This document shows, one piece after another, positions 28,660 to 39,419 of a stretch of 64,000 nt of DNA (position 1 is its first letter; each line of letters starts with the position of its first letter). The translations under genes and the position numbers were made by a program. The DNA is from Rhodothermales bacterium. GTDB lineage: Bacteria > Bacteroidota > Rhodothermia > Rhodothermales > BA12. The stretch spans positions 284,873 to 348,872 of the forward strand of contig CAWJEJ010000005.1 of assembly GCA_963841855.1 (NCBI GenBank), given 5' to 3'. The notes below the pieces were generated by a model. The model made no database searches. It was not told the DNA's origin and saw only the letters and a list, made by a program, of their open reading frames with translations.

Positions 28660-29484
28660 TCAGCGCAGCACCAGGCTACGCGTAATTCTGCCCTGAGGCG
28701 TATCGGCGACGAGCACGTACCATCCCGCCTCCATCGCGCCGCGATGCAGCGTCGCCGAGCCGCTGACGAGCGGCGCACTCACCCGCATTCGTCCCAGAGC
28801 GTCGTAGAGTGCGAGCGTGCCGCCCGTCGCGCCTTCGATCCGCGCGAGAACGGCCGAACCGATCGGATGCTCGCCTTGAACGATCAGCGTCAGACCCGCC
28901 GCTCGGTTGACGCCTTCGATGGGCGTTCCCTGCCCCTGGGCCACCGCTCGGCTGGTTGAGTAGACCCGGTCGCCACCCGACGATCCATCACCGTTGGCGG
29001 CGTTGCCGGTGGCGTAGAACGTTACGTCACCCGCTTGGTCGGCTGCGGGGAGCCAGCGCACGCGCCATTCGCCCGACTCGCGCGGCGCGTTATGCCCGAC
29101 GTAGCGCTGCCCAAACGTCGTGCTGCTCGAAAACTTCGTGCCCTCGTCGGAGAGTTCGAATGAACCCGCAGGATCGCCGTTGACGTCGCGAGCGGCGATT
29201 TGAAAACCATAGGTCGCTGCGTCCGACTGAGATACCCGAACCGTCAGGTCGAGGCTGGCGCCCAGCGAGTAGCTGTCGGCCGACGAAACGACGACTGAAC
29301 CACTTCCGCTGTTCAAGCCGAACGACGAATGACAACCGGACGAAGCGCACGTGCTCTCGCCAGGGACTCCGGCGTTGCGCGAAGCGGCTCCCCCACTGTT
29401 GGAATGTGCAGGGCGCGTCGGCACGAAGACGAGCGCACCCAGGCCGACAGTCAGAAAGGCGGCGATAATCAGAGAGCGGAGCAT
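28660..29484 (-). CDS. Secreted protein with T9SS C-terminal sorting domain
   Basis: Signal peptide MLRSLIIAAFLTVGLGALVF. The C-terminal ~75 aa match the T9SS CTD pattern (...TLALYDALGRMRVSAPL...LHRGAMEAGWYVLVADTPQGRITRSLVLR). The N-terminal domain has a GCHSS motif and I do not recognise it with confidence. Confidence 0.6.
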   Translation of the reverse strand: MLRSLIIAAFLTVGLGALVFVPTRPAHSNSGGAASRNAGVPGESTCASSGCHSSFGLNSGSGSVVVSSADSYSLGASLDLTVRVSQSDAATYGFQIAARDVNGDPAGSFELSDEGTKFSSSTTFGQRYVGHNAPRESGEWRVRWLPAADQAGDVTFYATGNAANGDGSSGGDRVYSTSRAVAQGQGTPIEGVNRAAGLTLIVQGEHPIGSAVLARIEGATGGTLALYDALGRMRVSAPLVSGSATLHRGAMEAGWYVLVADTPQGRITRSLVLR

Positions 29485-29682
29485 GGCGTGAGGGGCGAGC
29501 AGACTCGGCCAATATCCCCTGCGGCGCGAGCTTCGGCAAGACTGCGTCTCACCGGAGTCAGCGCAAACTCGACGGCAGTAGGCAACGGCGCAAATGGGCT
29601 CGGTCGGCGCAGCAGCAGAAGCCCATCGAAGCCGGTAGAATCGTTCTACTCCTTCTGGATTACCCCAATGGACGAGCCACTA

Positions 29683-30192
29683 TCACCTGTCGCTGGGTTG
29701 GCGCACGACGAAGGGGTACTCCTTGCCGTTGACGAGCAAAGTGTAGTCCCCAGGCGTGAACGTACCGTCGAGCAGCAGATAGTAGCGAAACGGACGCACG
29801 ACGGTCGCGCACATCTGTCCCTGCGGCCTGCGCATCTCAATCGTCACGTCGATAAGACGCATCGCACGCTCCTGCGCAGCCGTGTGGAGGGCCGAACATG
29901 CGTCGGGAAATGCTCCGGTTACGAGCGCCTCGACTCGCGTGCCCTCCAGCCCCAGCACGCCTGGCTCGAACGGTTCGATGCGCAGCGTTACGCCGTTCAG
30001 AACAGCGGGCGTAATATAGAAGGCTTCGTCCTCGTCCGGCTGAGTGATCTCCAACCTCTCGAACGTGGAATCGTCGGGCGGACGCGTGCCAAACTGCTGC
30101 CCTGGTGGTGGCGCTTCGTCACGACTCGCCGCGCATCCGCTGCAGAAAAGAGCGCCGAGCACGACAACCGAGAGCGCGACCACGCGTGTCAC
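29683..30192 (-). CDS. Hypothetical lipoprotein
   Basis: GTG start at 30192 overlaps the rsfS stop (GTGA). Lipobox LGALFCSGC. 169 aa. Confidence 0.5.
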   Translation of the reverse strand: MTRVVALSVVVLGALFCSGCAASRDEAPPPGQQFGTRPPDDSTFERLEITQPDEDEAFYITPAVLNGVTLRIEPFEPGVLGLEGTRVEALVTGAFPDACSALHTAAQERAMRLIDVTIEMRRPQGQMCATVVRPFRYYLLLDGTFTPGDYTLLVNGKEYPFVVRQPSDR

Positions 30193-30677
30193 GAAGACGC
30201 CGGATGCAGCATCGCGATGGCCGCTGACGAATCGGCGTCCGGGTCGATGTCTTCGTATGGCGCGTCGCCCCACAAGCGCTCAAGACCGTAAAAGCTGCGC
30301 CGCTCGGGTTGGAACAGATGGACGACCAAGTCGACGTAATCGAGCACGACCCACTGATTCAGTTCGGTCCCTTCGCTGCGCCACGGCTTCTCGCTGTGAT
30401 TCTCCTTGACCTGTTGCCGCACCGACTCCGCAAGCGCTCGCACCTGCACGTCAGTGGCTCCCGTAGCCAGCACCAGCAAATCCGAAACGCCGCCCTTGCC
30501 CCGCAGATCAATCACGCGGATCTCGTGCGCTTTCCGATCGAGCAGGGCATCGACGGCAGAAGCGGCTAGCGAGGTGACGGGAACCTGGGAGTCACGCCGC
30601 GTCGGCGACACATCGGAAATGGTCGGTTCGGGCGTGGCGTCGGAGAGAGGCGAAGTGTCGAGGGCGGGGTCGGCCAT
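30189..30677 (-). CDS. rsfS: Ribosome silencing factor RsfS (iojap)
   Basis: Pattern DLLVLATGATDVQVRALAESV...WVVLDYVDLVVHLFQPERRSFYGLERLWGDAP. Confidence 0.85.
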   Translation of the reverse strand: MADPALDTSPLSDATPEPTISDVSPTRRDSQVPVTSLAASAVDALLDRKAHEIRVIDLRGKGGVSDLLVLATGATDVQVRALAESVRQQVKENHSEKPWRSEGTELNQWVVLDYVDLVVHLFQPERRSFYGLERLWGDAPYEDIDPDADSSAAIAMLHPASS

Positions 30678-30708
30678 AGAATGGAAGTCGGTTGATCAGG
30701 CGGAATAA

Positions 30709-31191
30709 CTAGCGGTCGGTCGGCTCGTTCGCCAGACCGGTGAGCGTTGCGTAATCGGCACCCAGCACGACCGTCGCGTCGAGGTACAAATCAGGGCGGA
30801 TGTCTTCTCTGATGCGCACGGCATCGACGCCCAGCGCGTCAGCGACGCGCCTCGCTGCTTCGGGATTGCCGACGCGGTCGATCACGAACGAAGAGTCCAC
30901 GTCAGTTCGCTCGTAGTTGTCGGCTTCGAGCACGTCGAAGCCTTTGCTGCGCAGCACGTTGCGTGTCCGCTTGGCCAGACCGGCAACGTCGGTCCCGTTG
31001 CGCACGCCAACCTGCACGATGTCGCCTACGACCTGGTCGGTGGGTTCGGGTGGCAGATCGTCGGATCCGCCACGACCCAGGCGCGTCACGAAGCCGTAGC
31101 CGAGCACGAGCAGGACCAAACCGAGGACGACGCCGCCCAGCGTTCCGAATGGGCCTCCGCCCGAACCTCGTCGCTCGTCCGCTTCGGCCAT
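30709..31191 (-). CDS. LytR C-terminal (LytR_C) domain membrane protein
   Basis: Start set at ATG 31191 (MAEADERRG). One TM segment, then the LytR_C pattern (VQVGVRNGTDVAGLAKRTRNVLRSKGFDV...VVLGADY). Confidence 0.6.
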   Translation of the reverse strand: MAEADERRGSGGGPFGTLGGVVLGLVLLVLGYGFVTRLGRGGSDDLPPEPTDQVVGDIVQVGVRNGTDVAGLAKRTRNVLRSKGFDVLEADNYERTDVDSSFVIDRVGNPEAARRVADALGVDAVRIREDIRPDLYLDATVVLGADYATLTGLANEPTDR

Positions 31192-31198
31192 GCGTCGA

Positions 31199-31756
31199 TC
31201 AGTTGGTCGATGCGCGCCAGAAGAGGCGTTCGCCCGAAGCGGCCCCGAAGCCATAGTCGCGCGCGCCGTAGCTATTTCTGCCGTACGCCGATCCGTAAGG
31301 GCTGCCGTAGCCGCCAAACGGGCTCTGACGGTACGAGAAATTGAGCTGGATCGAGTCGCTTGGGCGATAGGCGATTTCAGCATTGCGCACGAACAGTTTG
31401 AACGGCTGATTGGGATCGTTACCCAGGCCGAGCACGTCGCTTCCGCCAAACGGGCTGTGCGCCATCGCCACGTCTACGCGAGCGGCGAGCTGGTTCGAAA
31501 ACTGCCATTGCATGCTGTTGGTGTACATCCCAAGCGAGTAGCCGGTGCCGCCGAACGATCCCGCTGTCATCTCATAGCTATGCGACATGCGAAAGACGCT
31601 GGGCGAGAAGAGCGTTGACAGCTTGAATCCGCTGTCCATCAGCCGCACGCTTTCGCCCTGGTTGAGCTCCGACGCGTCGGAGCGCAGCTGTGCCTGTGAG
31701 GGAACGGCGACGGCTAAGGTCGCGGCAAAAACGAACAGGACGAGCGAGCGGCGCAT
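31199..31756 (-). CDS. Hypothetical secreted protein
   Basis: Signal peptide MRRSLVLFVFAATLAVAVPSQAQ. Body is Gly/Ser/Tyr-rich. 185 aa. Confidence 0.5.
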   Translation of the reverse strand: MRRSLVLFVFAATLAVAVPSQAQLRSDASELNQGESVRLMDSGFKLSTLFSPSVFRMSHSYEMTAGSFGGTGYSLGMYTNSMQWQFSNQLAARVDVAMAHSPFGGSDVLGLGNDPNQPFKLFVRNAEIAYRPSDSIQLNFSYRQSPFGGYGSPYGSAYGRNSYGARDYGFGAASGERLFWRASTN

Positions 31757-31906
31757 GGAGTCGGAGTGGTGCAGAAGGACGGGGACCGGACAGAAGGCAG
31801 AACCCCGAAAGGCTCGGGCTTGTTCTGCCCACGCGATCGGAATCGTTCGGACCTTGTGGTCGTGCCAGTCAACCTACGGCTCAACGCCTACCCCCTCCTC
31901 TTCCGT

Positions 31907-32923
31907 ATGCCCGAACTTCTGCTGCTGGCCATCGAAACGTCGTGCGACGACACGGCCGCCGCGGTCATGCGCGGCGACGAGTTGTTGGCGTCGGTCGTGG
32001 CGTCGCAGGTGGAGCACGCGCGCTGGGGCGGCGTCGTCCCCGAAGTGGCGTCGAGAGCGCACCAGCGGCTGATCGTGCCGACGGTTGCGGCGGCGCTGGC
32101 TCAAGCAGGCGTCGATCAAGGCGATCTGGATGGCGTCGCGGTGACGTACGGACCGGGCCTGGCGGGCGCGCTGCTAGTCGGGCTCAGTTTCGCCAAAGCC
32201 TACGCGTTGGCACTGGGCGCCGGGTTGATCGGCGTCAACCATCTCGAAGGCCACCTCTACTCGCCATTTCTAAGCGGCCAGCAGCCCGCTCTTCCCTACC
32301 TGTGCTTGGTCGTGTCGGGCGGGCACTCGCAGCTCGTTCTGGTCGAAGACGGCTTTCGTCACACGACGCTGGGCCGCACGCGCGACGATGCGGCAGGCGA
32401 AGCGTTCGACAAGGTGGGCAAGATGCTGGGACTGGAATATCCAGGCGGCCCTCACGTCGACCGACTAGCCCAACAGGGTGACCCGACGTTTCTCGACTTG
32501 CCCCGCACGTACCTGGACGACGGCGCCTATTCGTTCTCGGGCATCAAGACGGCCGTTCTCTACGCTCTGCGCGATCAGCCCGACACAGACGCATTTTTGA
32601 ACGAGCACCTAGCCGATGTCTGCGCCTCGTTTCAAGCCGCCGTCATCGACATGCTGATGCGTCCGTTTGAGGCAGCGATACAGTCGACGGGCGTGCGCGA
32701 CATTGCCATCGTCGGCGGCGTGTCGGCGAACCGGGGTTTGCGAGCGCGCGCACGTGGACTTGCCGAGCGCCGTAGTTTGCGGTTACACGTGCCCGAGCCG
32801 CGCTTTTGCACCGACAACGCGGCCATGATCGCCGTCGCCGGTTTGCACAGGCTGCGATCGGGATACGACAGTCCGCTCACGCTCGCCGCCGCTCCTTCTC
32901 TATCGCTCGATGGTGCCTCCTGA
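31907..32923 (+). CDS. tsaD: tRNA N6-adenosine threonylcarbamoyltransferase
   Basis: LLLAIETSCDDTAAAV N-terminus and the HLEGH motif. Start set at ATG 31907. Confidence 0.9.
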   Translation: MPELLLLAIETSCDDTAAAVMRGDELLASVVASQVEHARWGGVVPEVASRAHQRLIVPTVAAALAQAGVDQGDLDGVAVTYGPGLAGALLVGLSFAKAYALALGAGLIGVNHLEGHLYSPFLSGQQPALPYLCLVVSGGHSQLVLVEDGFRHTTLGRTRDDAAGEAFDKVGKMLGLEYPGGPHVDRLAQQGDPTFLDLPRTYLDDGAYSFSGIKTAVLYALRDQPDTDAFLNEHLADVCASFQAAVIDMLMRPFEAAIQSTGVRDIAIVGGVSANRGLRARARGLAERRSLRLHVPEPRFCTDNAAMIAVAGLHRLRSGYDSPLTLAAAPSLSLDGAS

Positions 32924-33296
32924 CCTGCCCGCGCCGCTGCCGCCGTTCGACCTGGGCGCCGCGCGACGGGCCGTTCCCGCCGAGCCGCAACCGTCCGACC
33001 TGGGGCCGTGGCGCGTCCGCATCGACCAGATCGACAGGGAAGTCGTGCGCCTACTCAACGAGCGGCTGGCGTGCGCCCACGAGATCGGTGCGATCAAGAA
33101 GCGGCTCGACATGCCCGTCTACGTGCCGACGCGTGAGCAGGACGTGCTGGACAACGTGATCGGCGCCAACCGCGGCCCGCTCGCCGACGCCTCGGTCCGC
33201 CGCCTATTCGAGCGCGTGATCGACGAGACGCGGTCGAGCGAGCGGCACCAGTACGACCAGGGCGCGCCCGACCAGACCGGCGACTCTGCTCGCTGA
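32910..33296 (+). CDS. Chorismate mutase (AroQ class)
   Basis: Pattern RVRIDQIDREVVRLLNERLACAHEIGAIKK...REQDVLDNV...RRLFERVIDETR. Confidence 0.75.
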   Translation: MVPPDLPAPLPPFDLGAARRAVPAEPQPSDLGPWRVRIDQIDREVVRLLNERLACAHEIGAIKKRLDMPVYVPTREQDVLDNVIGANRGPLADASVRRLFERVIDETRSSERHQYDQGAPDQTGDSAR

Positions 33297-33542
33297 CGAT
33301 TCAGACTTCTGTTCCTTTTCCAACCGTCACCCCTGCGAAGGCAAGGATCCACAACCGCTTCCCAAGCCGCAACCTGCCTTGAGCCCGTTGCGAGACGGCA
33401 GCTTGCAGAGCGACTCTCACTCACTTTGTTTTGAGTCAAACAGGAAAGCTCGTTCGAGCTCCTGGGTCCTGGATCAAGTCGAGGACGACGGGTTAAGCAG
33501 ACGAGAGAAATGCCCCACCTCTCTCTTTCACACATCTCCCTA

Positions 33543-34547
33543 ATGCGCCGCATTCTACTCGTCTTGTTCGTGCTCGCCCTACTCGCAGGAGGCGTGGGCG
33601 CGTGGATCATCTGGGGTCCGAACGCACTGCCCGGAGAGCGCGGCGTCTACCTGACCGAGCGCGGCGACGTAGACGCGACCATCGACTCACTCGAATCGGC
33701 GGGTGTGCTGGCGAGCGCCGCTTCGTTTCGCGCATTTGCCGCCGCGACCGGATGGGGCGATCAGATCAAGCCCGGCTACTACGAGTTCGAAACCGGCGGC
33801 AGCAACTTCGACCTGCTGGGCCGCTTGCGGCGAGGCGAGCAGACCGCGCTGCGTGTCACGATCCCGCCTGGAACGACGATCGGCCGACTGGCGCGCGTGA
33901 TCTCCGAGCCGTTCGCGTTCGACTCGACCGATTTTCGGCAAGCGATGCGCGATCCCGAGTTGCTCCAGGAACTGGGCGTGACCGAAGAGCAGGCCATCGG
34001 CTTCTTGCTTCCCGAAACGTACTTCGCGTTCTGGCTAAGCTCGCCCCAGACGATCATCCGCAAAGCGCACGACGCGTTCACAGACATCGTAGGCGAGGGG
34101 ACGGATACCCTGTCGCCGATTCAGGTGGCAGCCGTCGCGTCGATCGTCGAGTGGGAAAGCCAGCACAAACCCGAGCGCGGACACATCGCGGGCGTCTACC
34201 TCAACCGGCTGCGCATCGGGATGCGGTTGCAGGCCGACCCGACGGTTCAGTACGGACTGCTGGAAACCGAGGGCAAGCGCCGCCGCCTGCTCTTCGTCGA
34301 CTACGAACTCGATCATCCGTACAACACGTACCGCATCGACGGCGTACCGCCCGGACCGCTGACCAATCCGTCGCCCTCGTCGCTGCGATCGGTCCTCAAC
34401 CCGGACGCGACGGACGATCTGTATTTCGTGGCATCGCCCGCGCTCGACGGCACGCACGAGTTTTCCCGTACGTTGTCCGAGCACAACCGCAAAGCCGACC
34501 GCTACCGAGCAGCTTTGCGCGCCTACCTCGCCCGCCGCGACGGCTGA
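33543..34547 (+). CDS. mltG: Endolytic murein transglycosylase MltG (YceG family)
   Basis: N-terminal TM segment followed by YceG motifs (IPPGTT..., ASIVEWES..., VYLNRLRIGMRLQADPTVQY, YNTYRIDGVPPGPLTNP). Confidence 0.85.
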   Translation: MRRILLVLFVLALLAGGVGAWIIWGPNALPGERGVYLTERGDVDATIDSLESAGVLASAASFRAFAAATGWGDQIKPGYYEFETGGSNFDLLGRLRRGEQTALRVTIPPGTTIGRLARVISEPFAFDSTDFRQAMRDPELLQELGVTEEQAIGFLLPETYFAFWLSSPQTIIRKAHDAFTDIVGEGTDTLSPIQVAAVASIVEWESQHKPERGHIAGVYLNRLRIGMRLQADPTVQYGLLETEGKRRRLLFVDYELDHPYNTYRIDGVPPGPLTNPSPSSLRSVLNPDATDDLYFVASPALDGTHEFSRTLSEHNRKADRYRAALRAYLARRDG

Positions 34548-34565
34548 ACCCACTCTCTCTGCCCC

Positions 34566-35198
34566 ATGGAAGAACTCTTTCCGCTTCTCGTCGCCGCCGG
34601 CTGGTTTCTGCTGCGCGCGATGAGCAACCGTGCCAAAAAGGCCCAGCAGGAACAGCGCCGCAAGCAGCAGGCCGAGCCGCCCTCGCTTCCCGAACGGTAC
34701 GAGCGCGAGCATCCACTCGGCCAAGTCGATCCGTCGCAGCAGACGCGGCTTGAACGCAGGACGCCCGACGAGCAGGCCCCCGAGTCGCTAGGCGACGCGC
34801 TCAAACGCATTTCGGAGGTGCTGCAAGCCGACTTCGAGCCGGAGCCAATATCCGAGCCCGCTCCCCTGCCCCACCAGGCGCGCCTTCCACAACCGCCGCC
34901 GATTCCCTCCGGATCGGGAAGAACTTCTCAGACTCGTCCTATTCCCCAGGGACGCGATCTGTCCAAAAAGGCGATCTCACGCGCCCGGCTGGAATCGTCG
35001 ACTCAGACGAAGTCGGCAGAAGATCGCTTTGAGGAGACCGGAGAGGTCTTCCGCCAGGTCTCTTCGCGGCCGACCAAGCATGCGCACGATCTGCGTAAGG
35101 CTCCGTCCCGCGTCCGCTTTCTACGCGACAAGAAGCGGCTGCGCGAGGCCATCGTCGCTTCTGAGATCCTCGGACCGCCCAAGAGCAAGCGGCGGTAA
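34566..35198 (+). CDS. Hypothetical Pro/Gln-rich protein with one N-terminal TM segment
   Basis: 210 aa, low complexity. Conserved-looking C-terminal tail LREAIVASEILGPPKSKRR. Confidence 0.45.
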   Translation: MEELFPLLVAAGWFLLRAMSNRAKKAQQEQRRKQQAEPPSLPERYEREHPLGQVDPSQQTRLERRTPDEQAPESLGDALKRISEVLQADFEPEPISEPAPLPHQARLPQPPPIPSGSGRTSQTRPIPQGRDLSKKAISRARLESSTQTKSAEDRFEETGEVFRQVSSRPTKHAHDLRKAPSRVRFLRDKKRLREAIVASEILGPPKSKRR

Positions 35199-35201
35199 AC
35201 G

Positions 35202-35237
35202 AAAAAAGCCTGCCAGGTCGGGATGACCTGGCAGGCT
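35202..35237 (-). terminator. Intrinsic terminator of the 35261-35788 gene
   Basis: Perfect 12-bp stem AGCCTGCCAGGT / ACCTGGCAGGCT with a 7-nt loop. On the minus strand it is followed by UUUUUUCGUUU. Confidence 0.75.
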
Positions 35238-35260
35238 GTGCGAACTGCGCGAGACGCGAA

Positions 35261-35788
35261 TCAGATCGTGTCGTCGGCCAGCATCGGGTCGCCGCCTTTC
35301 TTGAACATCGCCGCGCCGATGGCCCCGCCGATCGCGCCCAAGATCGCGCCCACTACGACGGCGATGGCGATGGCAATCGGGCCCTGGCTCATTCCGGCGA
35401 ACTGCCCGACCTGCTCGATTTGCTCTTCGCTCATGCCCTGGTCGCGCATCAACTCCATCTGCATCTGCATCATCTCGTCCGCCGAAGGCATCACGCCGAC
35501 AGTTTGCAGCAAGAGCCCGATCAGGTAAGCGACGAGCGCTCCGGCGACGGCTGCCAGCGCGCCCAGTCCTGCGCCCGACCCTGGACTGATCGTCAGGCCG
35601 TGCGTGTTGGTATAGTGGTAGACGGCGACGACGCCCGCTATGGCATAGGCGAGGCAGGCCAGGCAGCCCATCACTCCGCTCAGCACTTGGTTACCCATCG
35701 CTGGGCCTGTAGTGACGAACTGGGTGACGACTCCGATAATGACAGCGACGGCTGCGCCGACGACGATTGAGGGTACCTTTGAGGGCAT
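35261..35788 (-). CDS. 4-TM membrane protein (DUF4199-like), paralog 1
   Basis: 175 aa. Has a Met-rich amphipathic linker (ADEMMQMQMELMRDQGMSEEQIEQV) and a C-terminal Gly-zipper TM segment (VVGAILGAIGGAIGAAMF). Confidence 0.55.
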   Translation of the reverse strand: MPSKVPSIVVGAAVAVIIGVVTQFVTTGPAMGNQVLSGVMGCLACLAYAIAGVVAVYHYTNTHGLTISPGSGAGLGALAAVAGALVAYLIGLLLQTVGVMPSADEMMQMQMELMRDQGMSEEQIEQVGQFAGMSQGPIAIAIAVVVGAILGAIGGAIGAAMFKKGGDPMLADDTI

Positions 35789-35835
35789 GGGTGTGAGGTG
35801 GGTGGAGTGAGAAGGGAGAGATCGTTAACCTACGG

Positions 35836-36360
35836 TCAGAGTTCGTCGTCGGATACAGTGCGGCCGAAAATGCCCGTTCCCAGCGCGCCGCCAATCACGC
35901 CGCCCAGCGACAGCAGTCCCGCCGTCAGCGCCGCCGACAAGATGCCGAACAGCGGCGAGCGCATCGTGGCTTCCATCTCGGCGACCGGATCTTGACCCTC
36001 GGGAGCCGACGCGACGATGAGGTCGATCAGGCCCGAGTTGCCGCCTTGCATCTGCTCGATCATCGGCGCCATCAGGTCGGGGCGACCGGCGATCAGCCAC
36101 GCGACGACGCTCGTCAGGATCAGCAGCGCGAAACTGAGCAGCCCCGACTGCGCGCCCAGCCGAACGCCATCCATCGTGGCGAGCCGACCGTCGGCGGCTT
36201 TGGAGTAGTGCCAGACCGTCGCCAGTCCGGGCGAGAGGAAGCCGATGCATAGCACGCACGCGCCAATGGCGGGCAGGCCCGAAAACGCGAACAGCGCCAG
36301 GCTGACGCACGCCCCGAGGACGATGGAACGGGTAGGAGACGGCATGGGCTGATCGGACAT
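35836..36360 (-). CDS. 4-TM membrane protein (DUF4199-like), paralog 2
   Basis: 174 aa from ATG 36360 (MSDQPMP). Same architecture as the 35261 gene (linker DLMAPMIEQMQGG..., C-terminal LSLGGVIGGALGTGIFG). The longer ORF to 36867 is an Arg-rich shadow overlapping the DUF2085 gene. Confidence 0.55.
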   Translation of the reverse strand: MSDQPMPSPTRSIVLGACVSLALFAFSGLPAIGACVLCIGFLSPGLATVWHYSKAADGRLATMDGVRLGAQSGLLSFALLILTSVVAWLIAGRPDLMAPMIEQMQGGNSGLIDLIVASAPEGQDPVAEMEATMRSPLFGILSAALTAGLLSLGGVIGGALGTGIFGRTVSDDEL

Positions 36361-36368
36361 CCAGAAAG

Positions 36369-36914
36369 CTACGTCACCTGCGGCGGATGAGGCGATACGT
36401 CTCGGTCGAACGCTGCTTCGTCGATCTGTGGCCTGCCTCGAAACGCTACGGCCAGCGCACGCGCAAACAGGTAGCCCGCAACCGCGCCCAGCCCCCCTCC
36501 CGTCGCCATGCGCGAGAGCCACGTGTTGTCCCAGTAGCCGACGACCGGTCCGGCCCAGTCGAGGCCCGTCAGCACGAGCGCGCCGAGCAGCAGCCATTTG
36601 GCGTTTCGGTTGATCCACACATCGCCCCGTCCGACGAGGGGCAAGAGCAGTGCACCGATCACGAGTCCAGCATAGATGCCAAGGCAGCGCCAGCACACGG
36701 CCAGTTGGACGCCGTCGACGTGCGGCGAGCGGTCGGAGAGTTGGTGGCAGAAGGCGTGGAAAACCGTCATCGGCAGCATCCGCCAGCCGATTGGGAGGAA
36801 TGCGGGCGATAGGGCGCCGACGAGCAGCAGTCCGCACAGCGCGCCCGCCACTCCGGTCCCCATCCAACGGAAGCGGGTCAGCGAGCGAGCATGCGGGAGT
36901 GCGGCAGTGTTCAT
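36369..36914 (-). CDS. DUF2085 family membrane protein
   Basis: Pattern FHAFCHQLSDRSPHVDGVQLAVCWRCLGIYAG is typical of DUF2085. Confidence 0.65.
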   Translation of the reverse strand: MNTAALPHARSLTRFRWMGTGVAGALCGLLLVGALSPAFLPIGWRMLPMTVFHAFCHQLSDRSPHVDGVQLAVCWRCLGIYAGLVIGALLLPLVGRGDVWINRNAKWLLLGALVLTGLDWAGPVVGYWDNTWLSRMATGGGLGAVAGYLFARALAVAFRGRPQIDEAAFDRDVSPHPPQVT

Positions 36915-36985
36915 CGAATCCTAACGGCGAAAGGGGGCCGTACGGGGCTTTCTAGTGGAACAGGCGAGCGGGTCGCTCGGTAGAT

Positions 36986-37012
36986 TTAGCACTCTCACCC
37001 CGAGAGTGCCAA
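36986..37012 (+). promoter_or_regulatory. CIRCE operator (HrcA binding site)
   Basis: TTAGCACTC-N9-GAGTGCCAA, one mismatch to the consensus TTAGCACTC-N9-GAGTGCTAA. Lies 33 nt upstream of the groES ATG. Confidence 0.85.
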
Positions 37013-37044
37013 CAAGGCTACCTCTCACAAACTAACCATTCCAG

Positions 37045-37332
37045 ATGGCAAGCATTACCCCCCTCGGCGACCGCGTCGTCGTTCAGCCCGAAGCCGCCGA
37101 AGAGAAAACCCAGAGCGGCCTCTACATCCCCGACACGGCCAAAGAGAAGCCCCAGCGCGGCACGGTCCTCGCCGTTGGCGCAGGCAAGGTCGAGAACGGC
37201 ACCAAGATCGACATGACGGTCAAGAAGGGCGACACGGTTCTCTACGGCAAGTACGCCGGAACGGAAGTGCAGCTCGACGGCGAAGACGTCATGATCATGC
37301 GCGAATCCGACATCCTCGGCGTGATCGGCTAA
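37045..37332 (+). CDS. groES: Co-chaperonin GroES
   Basis: 95 aa. [42 protein letters not shown]. Confidence 0.95.
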   Translation: MASITPLGDRVVVQPEAAEEKTQSGLYIPDTAKEKPQRGTVLAVGAGKVENGTKIDMTVKKGDTVLYGKYAGTEVQLDGEDVMIMRESDILGVIG

Positions 37333-37381
37333 GGTCGCACTGCGACTCCCCTCTTGGTGACGATTAGACGCCCTGCCCGAT

Positions 37382-37490
37382 CGTCATCCTGAGCGAAGTC
37401 GAAAGCCTGCCCTGAGCGTAGTCGAACGGGGAATTCTGAACGCCCAGTTTGCTCGGCGCACGGAGATCCTTCGACAGGCTCGGGATGACG
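37382..37490. repeat. Palindromic repeat, family 1, inserted in the groES-groEL spacer
   Basis: Terminal inverted repeats CGTCATCCTGAGC (37382-37394) and GCTCGGGATGACG (37478-37490). Internal direct half-repeats CCTGAGCGAAGTCGAAAG (37388-37405) and CCTGAGCGTAGTCGAACG (37410-37427). The spacer is 221 bp. Confidence 0.75.
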
Positions 37491-37544
37491 AGAGCGAAGA
37501 AAGCGCCGCTCGCCCCCAACATCACCCTACCCAACTACAACTAA

Positions 37545-39197
<1,653 letters not shown>

Positions 39198-39224
39198 GCC
39201 ACCCCGCTCGCACTCAGCGATACG

Positions 39225-39266
39225 AGCCGAGGTCTGCCGAATGGTGGACCTCGGCTTTCTGCGTTT
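39225..39266 (+). terminator. groEL intrinsic terminator
   Basis: 10-bp stem AGCCGAGGTC / GACCTCGGCT with a 12-nt loop, followed by TTCTGCGTTT. Confidence 0.75.
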
Positions 39267-39419
39267 AAAGGGTGTATTAGCCAGATTTGTCGATTGCTCC
39301 AGTGCATTTCTGGGAGCAGGTGCCTAGGTTTTAAGCGCTTGCATACAGCGAGACGCCGGGCCGCTTTTGGCCCGGTATATTCCCTCATCGAGCGTACTAC
39401 GCTCCCATCTCATAACAAC

